Shown here: positions 41,601 through 57,879 of the stretch, in pieces | How positions within the stretch are numbered: the stretch's first letter is position 1 | How the letters are laid out: each line of letters starts with the position of its first letter | Source of the DNA: Gordius albopunctatus | Taxonomy: Eukaryota | DNA: 64,000 nucleotides | Reading direction: 5' to 3' | NCBI GenBank assembly: GCA_964276515.1 | Contig: OZ193910.1 | Location: 8,122,001-8,186,000, forward strand | Translations under genes and position numbers: made by a program | The notes under the pieces: model-generated | The model's input: only the letters and a program-made list of their open reading frames with translations | The model's database searches: none | Told to the model about the DNA's origin: nothing

Positions 41601-44600
41601 TTCTTATATGGAGTCGATCGAGAATAATAGGATTCTCAAATGAGCTTACTTTTAAATATTTTTTCAAGCTCTTTTACATAAAATAACAAAAATTATATTT
41701 TTTTAGCTCCGAATAATTCACAATTTTTTGCTTTCAAATCATATTCATCCGATGAAATTTGTTATTTTCAGACGTGATTTCCATGATAAAAAGTTAAATT
41801 TTATCAGAATTAGAGAACTATTACTTTGAAATCATCATCGCATAGAGAATGTTTAAAAAATTAAGCACTCACCTTGCGATACAACAAACTAATCGCAACA
41901 ATATAACGTTGACTTTTCTCAAAATTATTGTTCTCGCAACTTTAAACTTCTTATAAGGAGTCGATCGAGAATAATAGGATTCTCAAATTAGCTTATTTTT
42001 ATATATTTTATCAAGCTCTTTTATATAAAATAATAAAAAATATATTATTTAGCTCCGAATAACTCACAATTTTTTCCATTCAACCATATTCATCCAATGA
42101 AAGTTTTATTTTCCGACCTGATTTCCATGATAAAAAGTTAAAATTTATCAGAATTAGAGAACTATTATTTGAAATCATCATCGCATAGAGCATGTTTCAA
42201 AAATTAAGCAATCACTTTGCGATACAACAAACTAATCACAACAATATAACGTTGTCTTTTCTCAAAATGATTGTTCTCGCAGCTTAAAACTTCTAATAAG
42301 GAGTCGATCGAGAATAATAGGATTCTCAAATGAGCTTACTTTTATATATTTTATCAAGCTCTTTTACATAAAATAACAAAAATTATATTTTTTTAGCTCC
42401 GAATAATTCACAATCTTTTCCTTTCAAATCATATTCATCCGATGAAAGTTGTTATTTTCAGACGTGATTTCCATGATAAAAAGTTAAAATTTATCAGAAT
42501 TAGAGAACTATTACTTTGAAATCATCCTCGCATAGAGCATGTTTCAAAAATTAAGCACTAACGTTGCGATACAACAAACTAATCACAACAATATAACGTT
42601 GTCTTTTCTCAAAATGATTGTTCTCGCAGCTTAAAACTTCTAATAAGGAGTCGATCGAGAATAATAGGATTCTCAAATGAGCTTACTTTTATATATTTTA
42701 TCAAGCTCTTTTACATAAAATAACAAAAATTATATTTTTTTAGCTCCGAATAATTCACAATCTTTTCCTTTCAAATCATATTCATCCGATGAAAGTTGTT
42801 ATTTTCAGACGTGATTTCCATGATAAAAAGTTAAAATTTATCAGAATTAGAGAACTATTACTTTGAAATCATCCTCGCATAGAGCATGTTTCAAAAATTA
42901 AGCACTAACGTTGCGATACAACAAACTAATCACAACAATATAACGTTGTCTTTTCTCAAAATGATTGTTCTCGCAGCTTAAAACTTCTAATAAGGAGTCG
43001 ATCGAGAATAATAGGATTCTCAAATGAGCTTACTTTTATATATTTTATCAAGCTCTTTTACATAAAATAACAAAAATTATATTTTTTTAGCTCTGAATAA
43101 TTCACAATCTTTTCCTTTCAAATCATATTCATCCGATGAAAGTTGTTATTTTCAGACGTGATTTCCATGATAAAAAGTTAAATTTTATCAGAATTAGAGA
43201 ACTATTACTTTGAAATCATCATCGCATAGAGAATGTTTCAAAAATTAAGCACTCACCTTGCGATACAACAAACTAATCGCAACAATATAACGTTGACTTT
43301 TCTCAAAATGATTGTTCTCGCAACTTTAAACTTCTTATAAGGAGTCGATCGAGAATAATAGGATTCTCAAATTAGCTTATATTTTATCAAGCTCTTTTAT
43401 ATAAAATAATAAAAAATATATTATTTAGCTCCGAATAACTCACAATTTTTTCCATTCAACCATATTCATCCAATGAAAGTTTTATTTTCAGACGTGATTT
43501 CCATGATAAAAAGTTAAATTTTATCAGAATTAGAGAACTATTACTTTGAAATCATCCTCGCATAGAGCATGTTTCAAAAATTAAGCACTAACGTTGCGAT
43601 ACAACAAACTAATCACAACAATATAACGTTGTCTTTTCTCAAAATGATTGTTCTCGCAGCTTAAAACTTCTAATAAGGAGTCGATCGAGAATAATAGGAT
43701 TCTCAAATGAGCTTACTTTTATATATTTTATCAAGCTCTTTTACATAAAATAACAAAAATTATATTTTTTTAGCTCCGAATAATTCACAATCTTTTCCTT
43801 TCAAATCATATTCATCCGATGAAAGTTGTTATTTTCAGACGTGATTTCCATGATAAAAAGTTAAAATTTATCAGAATTAGAGAACTATTACTTTGAAATC
43901 ATCATCGCATAGAGAATGTTTCAAAAATTAAGCACTCACCTTGCGATACAACAAACTAATCGCAACAATATAACGTTGACTTTTCTCAAAATGATTGTTC
44001 TCGCAACTTTAAACTTCTTATAAGGAGTCGATCGAGAATAATAGGATTCTCAAATTAGCTTATTTTTATATATTTTATCAAGCTCTTTTATATAAAATAA
44101 TAAAAAATATATTATTTAGCTCCGAATAACTCACAATTTTTTCCATTCAACCATATTCATCCAATGAAAATTTTATTTTCCGACCTGATTTCCATGATAA
44201 AAAGTTAAAATTTATCAGAAATAGAGAACTATTATTTGAAATCATCATCGCATAGAGCATGTTTCAAAAATTAAGCAATCACTTTGCGATACAACAAACT
44301 AATCGCAACAATATAACGTTGTCTTTTCTCAAAATGATAGTTCTCGCAGCTTGAAACTTCTTATATGGAGTCGATCGAGAATAATAGGATTCTCAAATGA
44401 GCTTACTTTTAAATATTTTTTCAAGCTCTTTTACATAAAATAACAAAAATTATATTTTTTTTAGCTCCGAATAATTCACAATTTTTTGCTTTCAAATCAT
44501 ATTCAGCCGATGAAAGTTGTTATTTTCAGACGTGATTTCCTTGATAAAAAGTTAAATTTTATCAGAATTAGAGAACTATTACTTTGAAATCATCATCGCA

Positions 44601-46641
44601 TAGAGAATGTTTCAAAAATTAAGCACTCACGTTGCGATACAACAAACTAATCGCAACAATATAACGTTATCTTTTCTCAAAATGATAGTTCTCGTAGCTT
44701 GAAACTTCTTATATGGAGTCGATCGAGAATAATAGGATTCTCAAATGAGCTTACTTCTATATATTTTTTCAAGCTCTTTTACATAAAATAACAAAAAATA
44801 TATTTTTTCATGTTAAAATAATTCACAATTTTTTCCTTTCAACCATATTCAACCGATGAAAGTTGTTATTTTCAGACGTGATTTCCATGATAAAAAGTCA
44901 AAATTTATCAGAATTAGAGAACTATTACTTTGAAATCATCCTCGCATAGAGCATGTTTCAAAAATTAAGCACTAACGTTGCGATACAACAAACTAATCAC
45001 AACAATATAACGTTGTCTTTTCTCAAAATGATTGTTCTCGCAGCTTAAAACTTCTAATAAGGAGTCGATCGAGAATAATAGGATTCTCAAATGAGCTTAC
45101 TTTTATATATTTTATCAAGCTCTTTTACATAAAATAACAAAAATTATATTTTTTTAGCTCCGAATAATTCACAATCTTTTCCTTTCAAATCATATTCATC
45201 CGATGAAAGTTGTTATTTTCAGACGTGATTTCCATGATAAAAAGTTAAAATTTATCAGAATTAGAGAACTATTACTTTGAAATCATCATCGCATAGAGAA
45301 TGTTTCAAAAATTAAGCACTCACCTTGCGATACAACAAACTAATCGCAACAATATAACGTTGACTTTTCTCAAAATGATTGTTCTCGCAACTTTAAACTT
45401 CTTATAATGAGTCGATCGAGAATAATAGGATTCTCAAATTAGCTTATTTTTATATATTTTATCAAGCTCTTTTATATAAAATGATAAAAAATATATTATT
45501 TAGCTCCGAATAACTCACAATTTTTTCCATTGAACCATATTCATCCAATGAAAGTTTTATTTTCAGACGTGATTTCCATGATAAAAAGTTAAATTTTATC
45601 AGAATTAGAGAACTATTACTTTGAAATCATCCTCGCATAGAGCATGTTTCAAAAATTAAGCACTCACGTTGCGATACAACAAACTAATCGCAACAATATA
45701 ACGTTGTCTTTTCTCAAAATGATAGTTCTCGCAGCTTGAAACTTCTTATATGGAGTCGATCGAGAATAATAGGATTCTCAAATGAGCTTACTTTTAAATA
45801 TTTTTTCAAGCTCTTTTACATAAAATAACAAAAATTATATTTTTTTAGCTCCGAATAATTCACAATTTTTTGCTTTCAAATCATATTCATCCGATGAAAT
45901 TTGTTATTTTCAGACGTGATTTCCATGATAAAAAGTTAAATTTTATCAGAATTAGAGAACTATTACTTTGAAATCATCATCGCATAGAATATGTTTAAAA
46001 AATTAAGCACTCACCTTGCGATACAACAAACTAATCGCAACAATATAACGTTGACTTTTCTCAAAATTATTGTTCTCGCAACTTTAAACTTCTTATAAGG
46101 AGTCGATCGAGAATAATAGGATTCTCAAATTAGCTTATTTTTATATATTTTATCAAGCTCTTTTATATAAAATAATAAAAAATATATTATTTAGCTCCGA
46201 ATAACTCACAATTTTTTCCATTCAACCATATTCATCCAATGAAAGTTTTATTTTCCGACCTGATTTCCATGATAAAAAGTTAAAATTTATCAGAATTAGA
46301 GAACTATTATTTGAAATCATCATCGCATAGAGCATGTTTCAAAAATTAAGCAATCACTTTGCGATACAACAAACTAATCACAACAATATAACGTTGTCTT
46401 TTCTCAAAATGATTGTTCTCGCAGCTTAAAACTTCTAATAAGGAGTCGATCGAGAATAATAGGATTCTCAAATGAGCGTACTTTTATATATTTTATCAAG
46501 CTCTTTTACATAAAATAACAAAAATTATATTTTTTTAGCTCCGAATAATTCACAATCTTTTCCTTTCAAATCATATTCATCCGATGAAAGTTGTTATTTT
46601 CAGACGTGATTTCCATGATAAAAAGTTAAAATTTATCAGAA
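38700..46641. repeat. Tandem 12-monomer duplication (period 4142 bp)
   Basis: Markers CTGAATAATT (38951/43093), TATAATGAGT (41261/45403) and GATAAAAAAT (41341/45483); only about three differences noticed between copies. Confidence 0.85.
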
Positions 46642-47189
46642 ATAGAGAACTATTATTTGAAATCATCATCGCATAGAGCATGTTTCAAAAATTAAGCAAT
46701 CACTTTGCGATACAACAAACTAATCGCAACAATATAACGTTGTCTTTTCTCAAAATGATAGTTCTCGCAGCTTGAAACTTCTTATATGGAGTCGATCGAG
46801 AATAATAGGATTCTCAAATGAGCTTACTTTTAAATATTTTTTCAAGCTCTTTTACATAAAATAACAAAAATTATATTTTTTTTAGCTCCGAATAATTCAC
46901 AATTTTTTGCTTTCAAATCATATTCAACCGATGAAAGTTGTTATTTTCAGACGTGATTTCCATGATAAAAAGTCAAAATTTATCAGAATTAGAGAACTAT
47001 TACTTTGAAATCATCCTCGCATAGAGCATGTTTCAAAAATTAAGCACTAACGTTGCGATACAACAAACTAATCACAACAATATAACGTTGTCTTTTCTCA
47101 AAATGAGTGTTCTCGCAGCTTAAAACTTCTAATAAGGAGTCGATCGAGAATAATAGGATTCTCAAATGAGCTTACTTTTATATATTTTA

Positions 47190-49920
47190 TCAAGCTCTTT
47201 TACATAAAATAATAAAAAATATATTATTTAGCTCCGAATAACTCACAATTTTTTCCATTCAACCATATTCATCCAATGAAAGTTTTATTTTCAGACGTGA
47301 TTTCCATGATAAAAAGTTAAATTTTATCAGAATTAGAGAACTATTACTTTGAAATCATCCTCGCATAGAGCATGTTTCAAAAATTAAGCACTAACGTTGC
47401 GATAAAACAAACTAATCACAACAATATAACGTTGTCTTTTCTCAAAATGATTGTTCTCGCAGCTTAAAACTTCTAATAAGGAGTCGATCGAGAATAATAG
47501 GATTCTCAAATGAGCTTACTTTTATATATTTTATCAAGCTCTTTTACATAAAATAACAAAAATTATATTTTTTTAGCTCCGAATAATTCACAATCTTTTC
47601 CTTTCAAATCATATTCATCCGATGAAAGTTGTTATTTTCAGACGTGATTTCCATGATAAAAAGGTAAAATTTATCAGAATTAGAGAACTATTACTTTGAA
47701 ATCATCATCGCATAGAGAATGTTTCAAAAATTAAGCACTCACCTTGCGATACAACAAACTAATCGCAACAATATAACGTTGACTTTTCTCAAAATGATTG
47801 TTCTCGCAACTTTAAACTTCTTATAAGGAGTCGATCGAGAATAATAGGATTCTCAAATTAGCTTATTTTTATATATTTTATCAAGCTCTTTTATATAAAA
47901 TAATAAAAAATATATTATTTAGCTCCGAATAACTCACAATTTTTTCCATTCAACCATATTCATCCAATGAAAATTTTATTTTCCGACCTGATTTCCATGA
48001 TAAAAAGTTAAAATTTATCAGAAATAGAGAACTATTATTTGAAATCATAATCGCATAGAGCATGTTTCAAAAATTAAGCAATCACTTTGCGATACAACAA
48101 ACTAATCGCAACAATATAACGTTGTCTTTTCTCAAAATGATAGTTCTCGCAGCTTGAAACTTCTTATATGGAGTCGATCAAGAAAAATAGGATTCTCAAA
48201 TTAGCTTACTTTTATATATTTTTTCAAGCTCTTTTACATAAAATAACAAAAAATATATTTTTTCAGGTTAAAATAATTCACAATTTTTTCCTTTCAAACA
48301 TATTCATCCGATGAAAGTTTTTATTTTCAGACGTGATTTCCATGATAAAAAGTTAAATTTTATCAGAATTAGAGAACTATGACTTTGAAATCATCCTCGC
48401 ATAGAGCATGTTTCAAAAATTAAGCACTCATGTTGCGATACAACAAACTAATCGCAACAATATAACGTTGACTTTTCTCAAAATGATTGTTCTCGCAACT
48501 TTAAACTTCTTATAAGGAGTCGATCGAGAATAATAGGATTCTCAAATTAGCTTATATTTTATCAAGCTCTTTTATATAAAATAATAAAAAATATATTATT
48601 TAGCTCCGAATAACTCACAATTTTTTCCATTCAACCATATTCATCCAATGAAAGTTTTATTTTCAGACGTGATTTCCATGATAAAAAGTTAAATTTTATC
48701 AGAATTAGAGAACTATTACTTTGAAATCATCCTCGCATAGAGCATGTTTCAAAAATTAAGCACTAACGTTGCGATAAAACAAACTAATCACAACAATATA
48801 ACGTTGTCTTTTCTCAAAATGATTGTTCTCGCAGCTTAAAACTTCTAATAAGGAGTCGATCGAGAATAATAGGATTCTCAAATGAGCTTACTTTTATATA
48901 TTTTATCAAGCTCTTTTACATAAAATAACAAAAATTATATTTTTTTAGCTCCGAATAATTCACAATCTTTTCCTTTCAAATCATATTCATCCGATGAAAG
49001 TTGTTATTTTCAGACGTGATTTCCATGATAAAAAGGTAAAATTTATCAGAATTAGAGAACTATTACTTTGAAATCATCATCGCATAGAGAATGTTTCAAA
49101 AATTAAGCACTCACCTTGCGATACAACAAACTAATCGCAACAATATAACGTTGACTTTTCTCAAAATGATTGTTCTCGCAACTTTAAACTTCTTATAAGG
49201 AGTCGATCGAGAATAATAGGATTCTCAAATTAGCTTATTTTTATATATTTTATCAAGCTCTTTTATATAAAATAATAAAAAATATATTATTTAGCTCCGA
49301 ATAACTCACAATTTTTTCCATTCAACCATATTCATCCAATGAAAATTTTATTTTCCGACCTGATTTCCATGATAAAAAGTTAAAATTTATCAGAAATAGA
49401 GAACTATTATTTGAAATCATAATCGCATAGAGCATGTTTCAAAAATTAAGCAATCACTTTGCGATACAACAAACTAATCGCAACAATATAACGTTGTCTT
49501 TTCTCAAAATGATAGTTCTCGCAGCTTGAAACTTCTTATATGGAGTCGATCAAGAAAAATAGGATTCTCAAATTAGCTTACTTTTATATATTTTTTCAAG
49601 CTCTTTTACATAAAATAACAAAAAATATATTTTTTCAGGTTAAAATAATTCACAATTTTTTCCTTTCAAACATATTCATCCGATGAAAGTTTTTATTTTC
49701 AGACGTGATTTCCATGATAAAAAGTTAAATTTTATCAGAATTAGAGAACTATGACTTTGAAATCATCCTCGCATAGAGCATGTTTCAAAAATTAAGCACT
49801 CATGTTGCGATACAACAAACTAATCGCAACAATATAACGTTGACTTTTCTCAAAATGATTGTTCTCGCAACTTTAAACTTCTTATAAGGAGTCGATCGAG
49901 AATAATAGGATTCTCAAATT
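47190..49920. repeat. Tandem 4-monomer duplication (period 1372 bp)
   Basis: Markers GATAAAACAA (47401/48773), GGTAAAATT (47663/49035) and GACTTTGAAA (48381/49753). Confidence 0.85.
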
Positions 49921-52900
49921 AGCTTATTTTTATATATTTTATCAAGCTCTTTTATATAAAATAACAAAAAATATATTATTTAGCTCCGTATAACTCACAA
50001 TTTTTTCCATTCAACCATATTCATCCAATGAAAGTTTTATTTTCAGACGTGATTTCCATGATAAAAAGTTAAAATTTATCAGAATTAGAGAACTATTACT
50101 TTGAAATCATCCTCGCATAGAGCATGTTTCAAAAATTAAGCACTCTCGTTGCGATACAACAAACTAATCGCAACAATATAACGTTGTCTTTTCTCAAAAT
50201 GATAGTTCTCGCAGCTTGAAACTTCTTATATGGAGTCGATCGAGAATAATAGGATTCTCAAATGAGCTTACTTTTAAATATTTTTTCAAGCTCTTTTACA
50301 TAAAATAACAAAAATTATATTTTTTTAGCTCCGAATAATTCACAATTTTTTGCTTTCAAATCATATTCATCCGATGAAAGTTGTTATTTTCAGACGTGAT
50401 TTCCATGATAAAAAGTTAAATTTTATCAGAATTAGAGAACTATTACTTTGAAATCATCATCGCATAGAGAATGTTTCAAAAATTAAGCACTCACGTTGCG
50501 ATACAACAAACTAATCGCAACAATATAACGTTATCTTTTCTCAAAATGATAGTTCTCGTAGCTTGAAACTTCTTATATGGAGTCGATCGAGAATAATAGG
50601 ATTCTCAAATGAGCTTATTCTATATATTTTTTCAAGCTCTTTTACATAAAATAACAAAAAATATATTTTTTCAGGTTAAAATACTTCACAATTTTTTCCA
50701 TTCAACCATATTCATCCAATGAAAGTTTTATTTTCCGACCTGATTTCCATGATAAAAAGTTAAATTTTATCAGAATTAGAGAACTATTACTTTGAAATCA
50801 TCATCGCATAGAGAATGTTTCAAAAATTAAGCACTCACGTTGCGATACAACAAACTAATCGCAACAATATAACGTTGTCTTTTCTCAAAATGATAGTTCT
50901 CGCAGCTTGAAACTTCTTATATGGAGTCGATCGAGAATAATAGGATTCTCAAATTAGCTTACTTTTATATATTTTTTCAAGCTCTTTTACATAAAATAAC
51001 AAAAAATATATTTTTTCAGGTTAAAATAATTCACAATTTTTTCCATTCAACCATATTCATCCAATGAAAGTTTTATTTTCAGACGTGATTTCCATGATAA
51101 AAAGTTAAAATTTATCAGAATTAGAGAACTATTACTTTGAAATCATCATCGCATAGAACATGTTTCAAAAATTAAGCACTCACTTTGCGATACAACAAAC
51201 TAATCGCAACAATATAACGTTGTCTTTTCTCAAAATGATTGTTCTCGCAGCTTAAAAATTATTATAAGGAGTCGATCGAGAATAATAGGATTCTCAAATG
51301 AGCTTACTTTTATATATTTTTTCAAAATCTTTTACATAAAATAACAAAAAATATATTTTTTCAGGTTAAAATACTTCACAATTTTTTCCATTCAACCATA
51401 TTCATCCAATGAAAGTTTTATTTTCCGACCTGATTTCCATGATAAAAAGTTAAAATTTATCAGAATTAGAGAACTATTACTTTGAAATCATCATCGCATA
51501 GAGCATGTTTCAAAAATTAAGCACTCACTTTGCGATACAACAAACTAATCGCAACAATATAACGTTGTCTTTTCTCAAAATGATAGTTCTCGCAGCTTGA
51601 AACTTCTTATATGGAGTCGATCGAGAATAATAGGATTCTCAAATGAGCTTACTTTTAAATATTTTTTCAAGCTCTTTTACATAAAATAACAAAAATTATA
51701 TTTTTTTAGCTCCGAATAATTCACAATTTTTTGCTTTCAAATCATATTCATCCGATGAAAGTTGTTATTTTCAGACGTGATTTCCATGATAAAAAGTTAA
51801 ATTTTATCAGAATTAGAGAACTATTACTTTGAAATCATCATCGCATAGAGAATGTTTCAAAAATTAAGCACTCACGTTGCGATACAACAAACTAATCGCA
51901 ACAATATAACGTTATCTTTTCTCAAAATGATAGTTCTCGTAGCTTGAAACTTCTTATATGGAGTCGATCGAGAATAATAGGATTCTCAAATGAGCTTATT
52001 CTATATATTTTTTCAAGCTCTTTTACATAAAATAACAAAAAATATATTTTTTCAGGTTAAAATACTTCACAATTTTTTCCATTCAACCATATTCATCCAA
52101 TGAAAGTTTTATTTTCAGACGTGATTTCCATGATAAAAAGTTAAAATTTATCAGAATTAGAGAACTATTACTTTGAAATCATCATCGCATAGAGCATGTT
52201 TCAAAAATTAAGCACTCACTTTGCGATACAACAAACTAATCGCAACAATATAACGTTGTCTTTTCTCAAAATGATTGTTCTCGCAGCTTAAAAATTATTA
52301 TAAGGAGTGGATCGAGAATAATAGGATTCTCAAATGAGCTTACTTTTATATATTTTTTCAAAATCTTTTACATAGAATAACAAAAAATATATTTTTTCAG
52401 GTTAAAATACTTCACAATTTTTTCCATTCAACCATATTCATCCAATGAAAGTTTTATTTTCCGACCTGATTTCCATGATAAAAAGTTAAAATTTATCAGA
52501 ATTAGAGAACTATTACTTTGAAATCATCATCGCATAGAGCATGTTTCAAAAATTAAGCACTCACTTTGCGATACAACAAACTAATCGCAACAATATAACG
52601 TTGACTTTTCTCAAAATGATTGTTCTCGCAACTTTTAACTTCTTATATGGAGTCGATCGAGAATAATAGGATTCTCAAATGAGCTTACTTTTAAATATTT
52701 TTTCAAGCTCTTTTACATAAAATAACAAAAATTATATTTTTTTAGCTCCGAATAATTCACAATTTTTTGCTTTCAAATCATATTCATCCGATGAAAGTTG
52801 TTATTTTCAGACGTGATTTCCATGATAAAAAGTTAAATTTTATCAGAATTAGAGAACTATTACTTTGAAATCATCATCGCATAGAGAATGTTTCAAAAAT

Positions 52901-55900
52901 TAAGCACTCGCGTTGCGATACAACAAACTAATCGCAACAATATAACGTTATCTTTTCTCAAAATGATAGTTCTCGTAGCTTGAAACTTCTTATATGGAGT
53001 CGATCGAGAATAATAGGATTCTCAAATGAGCTTATTCTATATATTTTTTCAAGCTCTTTTACATAAAATAACAAAAAATATATTTTTTCATGTTAAAATA
53101 ATTCACAATTTTTTCCTTTCAACCATATTCAACCGATAAAAGTTTTATTTTCCGACCTGATTTCCATGATAAAAAGTTAAAATTTATCAGAATTAGAGAA
53201 CTATTACTTTGAAATCATCATCGCATAGAGCATGTTTCAAAAATTAAGCACTCACTTTGCGATACAACAAACTAATCGCAACAATATAATGTTATCTTTT
53301 CTCAAAATGATTGTTCTCGCCGCTTGAAACTTCTTATATGGAGTCGATCGAGAATAATAGGATTCTCAAATTAGCTTACTTTTATATATTTTTTCAAGCT
53401 CTTTTACATAAAATAACAAAAATTATATTTTTTCAGGTTAAAATACTTCACAATTTTTTCCATTCAACCATATTCATCCAATGAAAGTTTTATTTTCCGA
53501 CCTGATTTCCATGATAAAAAGTTAAATTTTATCAGAATTAGAGAACTATTACTTTGAAATCATCATCGCATAGAGAATGTTTCAAAAATTAAGCACTCGC
53601 GTTGCGATACAACAAACTAATCGCAACAATATAACGTTATCTTTTCTCAAAATGATAGTTCTCGTAGCTTGAAACTTCTTATATGGAGTCGATCGAGAAT
53701 AATAGGATTCTCAAATGAGCTTATTCTATATATTTTTTCAAGCTCTTTTACATAAAATAACAAAAAATATATTTTTTCATGTTAAAATAATTCACAATTT
53801 TTTCCTTTCAACCATATTCAACCGATAAAAGTTTTTATTTTCAGACGTGATTTCCATGATAAAAAGTCAAAATTTATCAGAATTAGAAAACTATTACTTT
53901 TAAATCATCATCGCATAGAGCATTTTTCAAAAATTAAGGACTCACGTTGCGATACAAGAAACGAATCGCAACAATATAACGTTCTCCTTTTCTCAAAATG
54001 ATTGTTCTCGCAGCTTAAAAATTCTTATAAGGAGTCGATCGAGAATAATAGGATTCTCAAATGAGCTTACTTTTATATATTTTTTCAAGCTCTTTTACAT
54101 AAAATAACAAAAAATATATTTTTTCAGGTTAAAATAATTCACAATTTTTTCCATTCAACCATATTCATCCAATAAAAGTTTTATTTTCCGACCTGATTTC
54201 CATGATAAAAAGTTAAAATTTATCAGAATTAGAGAACTATTACTTTGAAATCATCATCGCATAGAGCATGTTTGAAAAATTAAGCAGTCACGTTGCGATA
54301 CAACAAACTAATCGCAACAATATAACGTTGTCTTTTCTCAAAATGATAGTTCTCGCCGCTTGAAACTTCTTATATGGAGTCGATCGAGAATAATAGGATT
54401 CTCAAATTAGCTTACTTTTATATATTTTATCAAGCTCTTTTACATAAAATAACAAAAATTATATTTTTTTAGCTCCGAATAATTCACAATTTTTTCCTTT
54501 CAAATCATATTCATCCGATGAAAGTTGTTATTTTCAGACGTGATTTCCATGATAAAAAGTTAAAATTTATCAGAATTAGAGAACTATTACTTTGAAATCA
54601 TCATCGCATAGAGAATGTTTAAAATTAAGCACTCACGTTGCGATACAACAAACTAATCGCAACAATATAACGTTGACTTTTCTCAAAATGATTGTTCTCG
54701 CAACTTTAAACTTCTTATAAGGAGTCGATCGAGAATAATAGGATTCTCAAATCTGCTTATTTTTATATATTTTATCAAGCTCTTTTATATAAAATAATAA
54801 AAAATATATTATTTAGCTCCGAATAACTCACAATTTTTTCCATTCAACCATATTCATCCAATGAAAGTTTTATTTTCCGACCTGATTTCCATGATAAAAA
54901 GTTAAAATTTATCAGAATTAGAGAACTATTACTTTGAAATCATCATCGCATAGAGCATGTTTCAAAAATTAAGCACTCACTTTGCGATACAACAAACTAA
55001 TCGCAACAATATAACGTTGACTTTTCTCAAAATGATTGTTCTCGCAACTTTTAACTTCTTATATGGAGTCGATCGAGAATAATAGGATTCTCAAATGAGC
55101 TTACTTTTAAATATTTTTTCAAGCTCTTTTACATAAAATAACAAAAATTATATTTTTTTAGCTCCGAATAATTCACAATTTTCTGCTTTCAAATCATATT
55201 CATCCGATGAAAGTTGTTATTTTCAGACGTGATTTCCATGATAAAAAGTTAAATTTTATCAGAATTAGAGAACTATTACTTTGAAATCATCATCGCATAG
55301 AGAATGTTTCAAAAATTAAGCACTCGCGTTGCGATACAACAAACTAATCGCAACAATATAACGTTATCTTTTCTCAAAATGATAGTTCTCGTAGCTTGAA
55401 ACTTCTTATATGGAGTCGATCGAGAATAATAGGATTCTCAAATGAGCTTATTCTATATATTTTTTCAAGCTCTTTTACATAAAATAACAAAAAATATATT
55501 TTTTCATGTTAAAATAATTCACAATTATTTCCTTTCAACCATATTCAACCGATAAAAGTTTTATTTTCCGACCTGATTTCCATGATAAAAAGTTAAAATT
55601 TATCAGAATTAGAGAACTATTACTTTGAAATCATCATCGCATAGAGCATGTTTCAAAAATTAAGCACTCACTTTGCGATACAACAAACTAATCGCAACAA
55701 TATAACGTTATCTTTTCTCAAAATGATTGTTCTCGCCGCTTGAAACTTCTTATATGGAGTCGATCGAGAATAATAGGATTCTCAAATTAGCTTACTTTTA
55801 TATATTTTTTCAAGCTCTTTTACATAAAATAACAAAAATTATATTTTTTCAGGTTAAAATACTTCACAATTTTTTCCATTCAACCATATTCATCCAATGA

Positions 55901-57879
55901 AAGTTTTATTTTCCGACCTGATTTCCATGATAAAAAGTTAAAATTTATCAGAATTAGAGAACTATTACTTTGAAATCATCATCGCATAGAGCATGTTTCA
56001 AAAATTAAGCACTCACTTTGCGATACAACAAACTAATCGCAACAATATAACGTTGACTTTTCTCAAAATGATTGTTCTCGCAACTTTTAACTTCTTATAT
56101 GGAGTCGATCGAGAATAATAGGATTCTCAAATGAGCTTACTTTTAAATATTTTTTCAAGCTCTTTTACATAAAATAACAAAAATTATATTTTTTTAGCTC
56201 CGAATAATTCACAATTTTTTGCTTTCAAATCATATTCATCCGATGAAAGTTGTTATTTTCAGACGTGATTTCCATGATAAAAAGTTAAATTTTATCAGAA
56301 TTAGAGAACTATTACTTTGAAATCATCATCGCATAGAGCATGTTTCAAAAATTAAGCACTCGCGTTGCCATACAACAAACTAATCGCAACAATATAACGT
56401 TATCTTTTCTCAAAATGATAGTTCTCGTAGCTTGAAACTTCTTATAAGGAGTCGATCGAGAATAATAGGATTCTCAAATGAGCTTACTTTTATATATTTT
56501 TTCAAGCTCTTTTACATAAAATAACAAAAAATATATTTTTTCAGGTTAAAATAATTCACAATTTTTTCCATTCAACCATATTCATCCAATGAAAGTTTTA
56601 TTTTCCGACCTGATTTCCATGATAAAAAGTTAAAATTTATCAGAATTAGAGAACTATTACTTTGAAATCATCATCGCATAGAGCATGTTTGAAAAATTAA
56701 GCAGTCACGTTGCGAACAACAAACTAATCGCAACAATATAACGTTGTCTTTTCTCAAAATGATAGTTCTCGCCGCTTGAAACTTCTTATATGGAGTCGAT
56801 CGAGAATAATAGGATTCTCAAATTAGCTTACTTTTATATATTTTATCAAGCTCTTTTACATAAAATAACAAAAATTATATTTTTTTAGCTCCGAATAATT
56901 CACAATTTTTTCCTTTCAAATCATATTCATCCGATGAAAGTTGTTATTTTCAGACGTGATTTGCATGATAAAAAGTTAAAATTTATCAGAATTAGAGAAC
57001 TATTACTTTGAAATCATCATCGCATAGAGCATGTTTCAAAAATTAAGCACTCACTTTGCGATACAACAAACTAATCGCAACAATATAACGTTGTCTTTTC
57101 TCAAAATGATTGTTCTCGCAGCTTAAAAATTATTATAAGGAGTCGATCGAGAATAATAGGATTCTCAAATGAGCTTACTTTTATATATTTTTTCAAAATC
57201 TTTTACATAAAATAACAAAAAATATATTTTTTCAGGTTAAAATACTTCACAATTTTTTCCATTCAACCATATTCATCCAATGAAAGTTTTATTTTCCGAC
57301 CTGATTTCCATGATAAAAAGTTAAAATTTATCAGAATTAGAGAACTATTACTTTGAAATCATCATCGCATAGAGCATGTTTCAAAAATTAAGCACTCACT
57401 TTGCGATACAACAAACTAATCGCAACAATATAACGTTGACTTTTCTCAAAATGATTGTTCTCGCAACTTTTAACTTCTTATATGGAGTCGATCGAGAATA
57501 ATAGGATTCTCAAATGAGCTTACTTTTAAATATTTTTTCAAGCTCTTTTACATAAAATAACAAAAAATATATTTTTTCAGGTTAAAATACTTCACAATTT
57601 TTTCCATTCAACCATATTCATCCAATGAAAGTTTTATTTTCCGACCTGATTTCCATGATAAAAAGTTAAAATTTATCAGAATTAGAGAACTATTACTTTG
57701 AAATCATCATCGCATTGAGCATGTTTCAAAAATTAAGCAGTCACGTTGCGATACAACAAACTAATCGCAACAATATAACGTTATCTTTTCTCAAAATGAT
57801 TGTTCTCGCAGCTTAAAAATTATTATAAGGAGTCGATCGAGAATAATAGGATTCTAAAATGAGCTTACTTTCATATATT

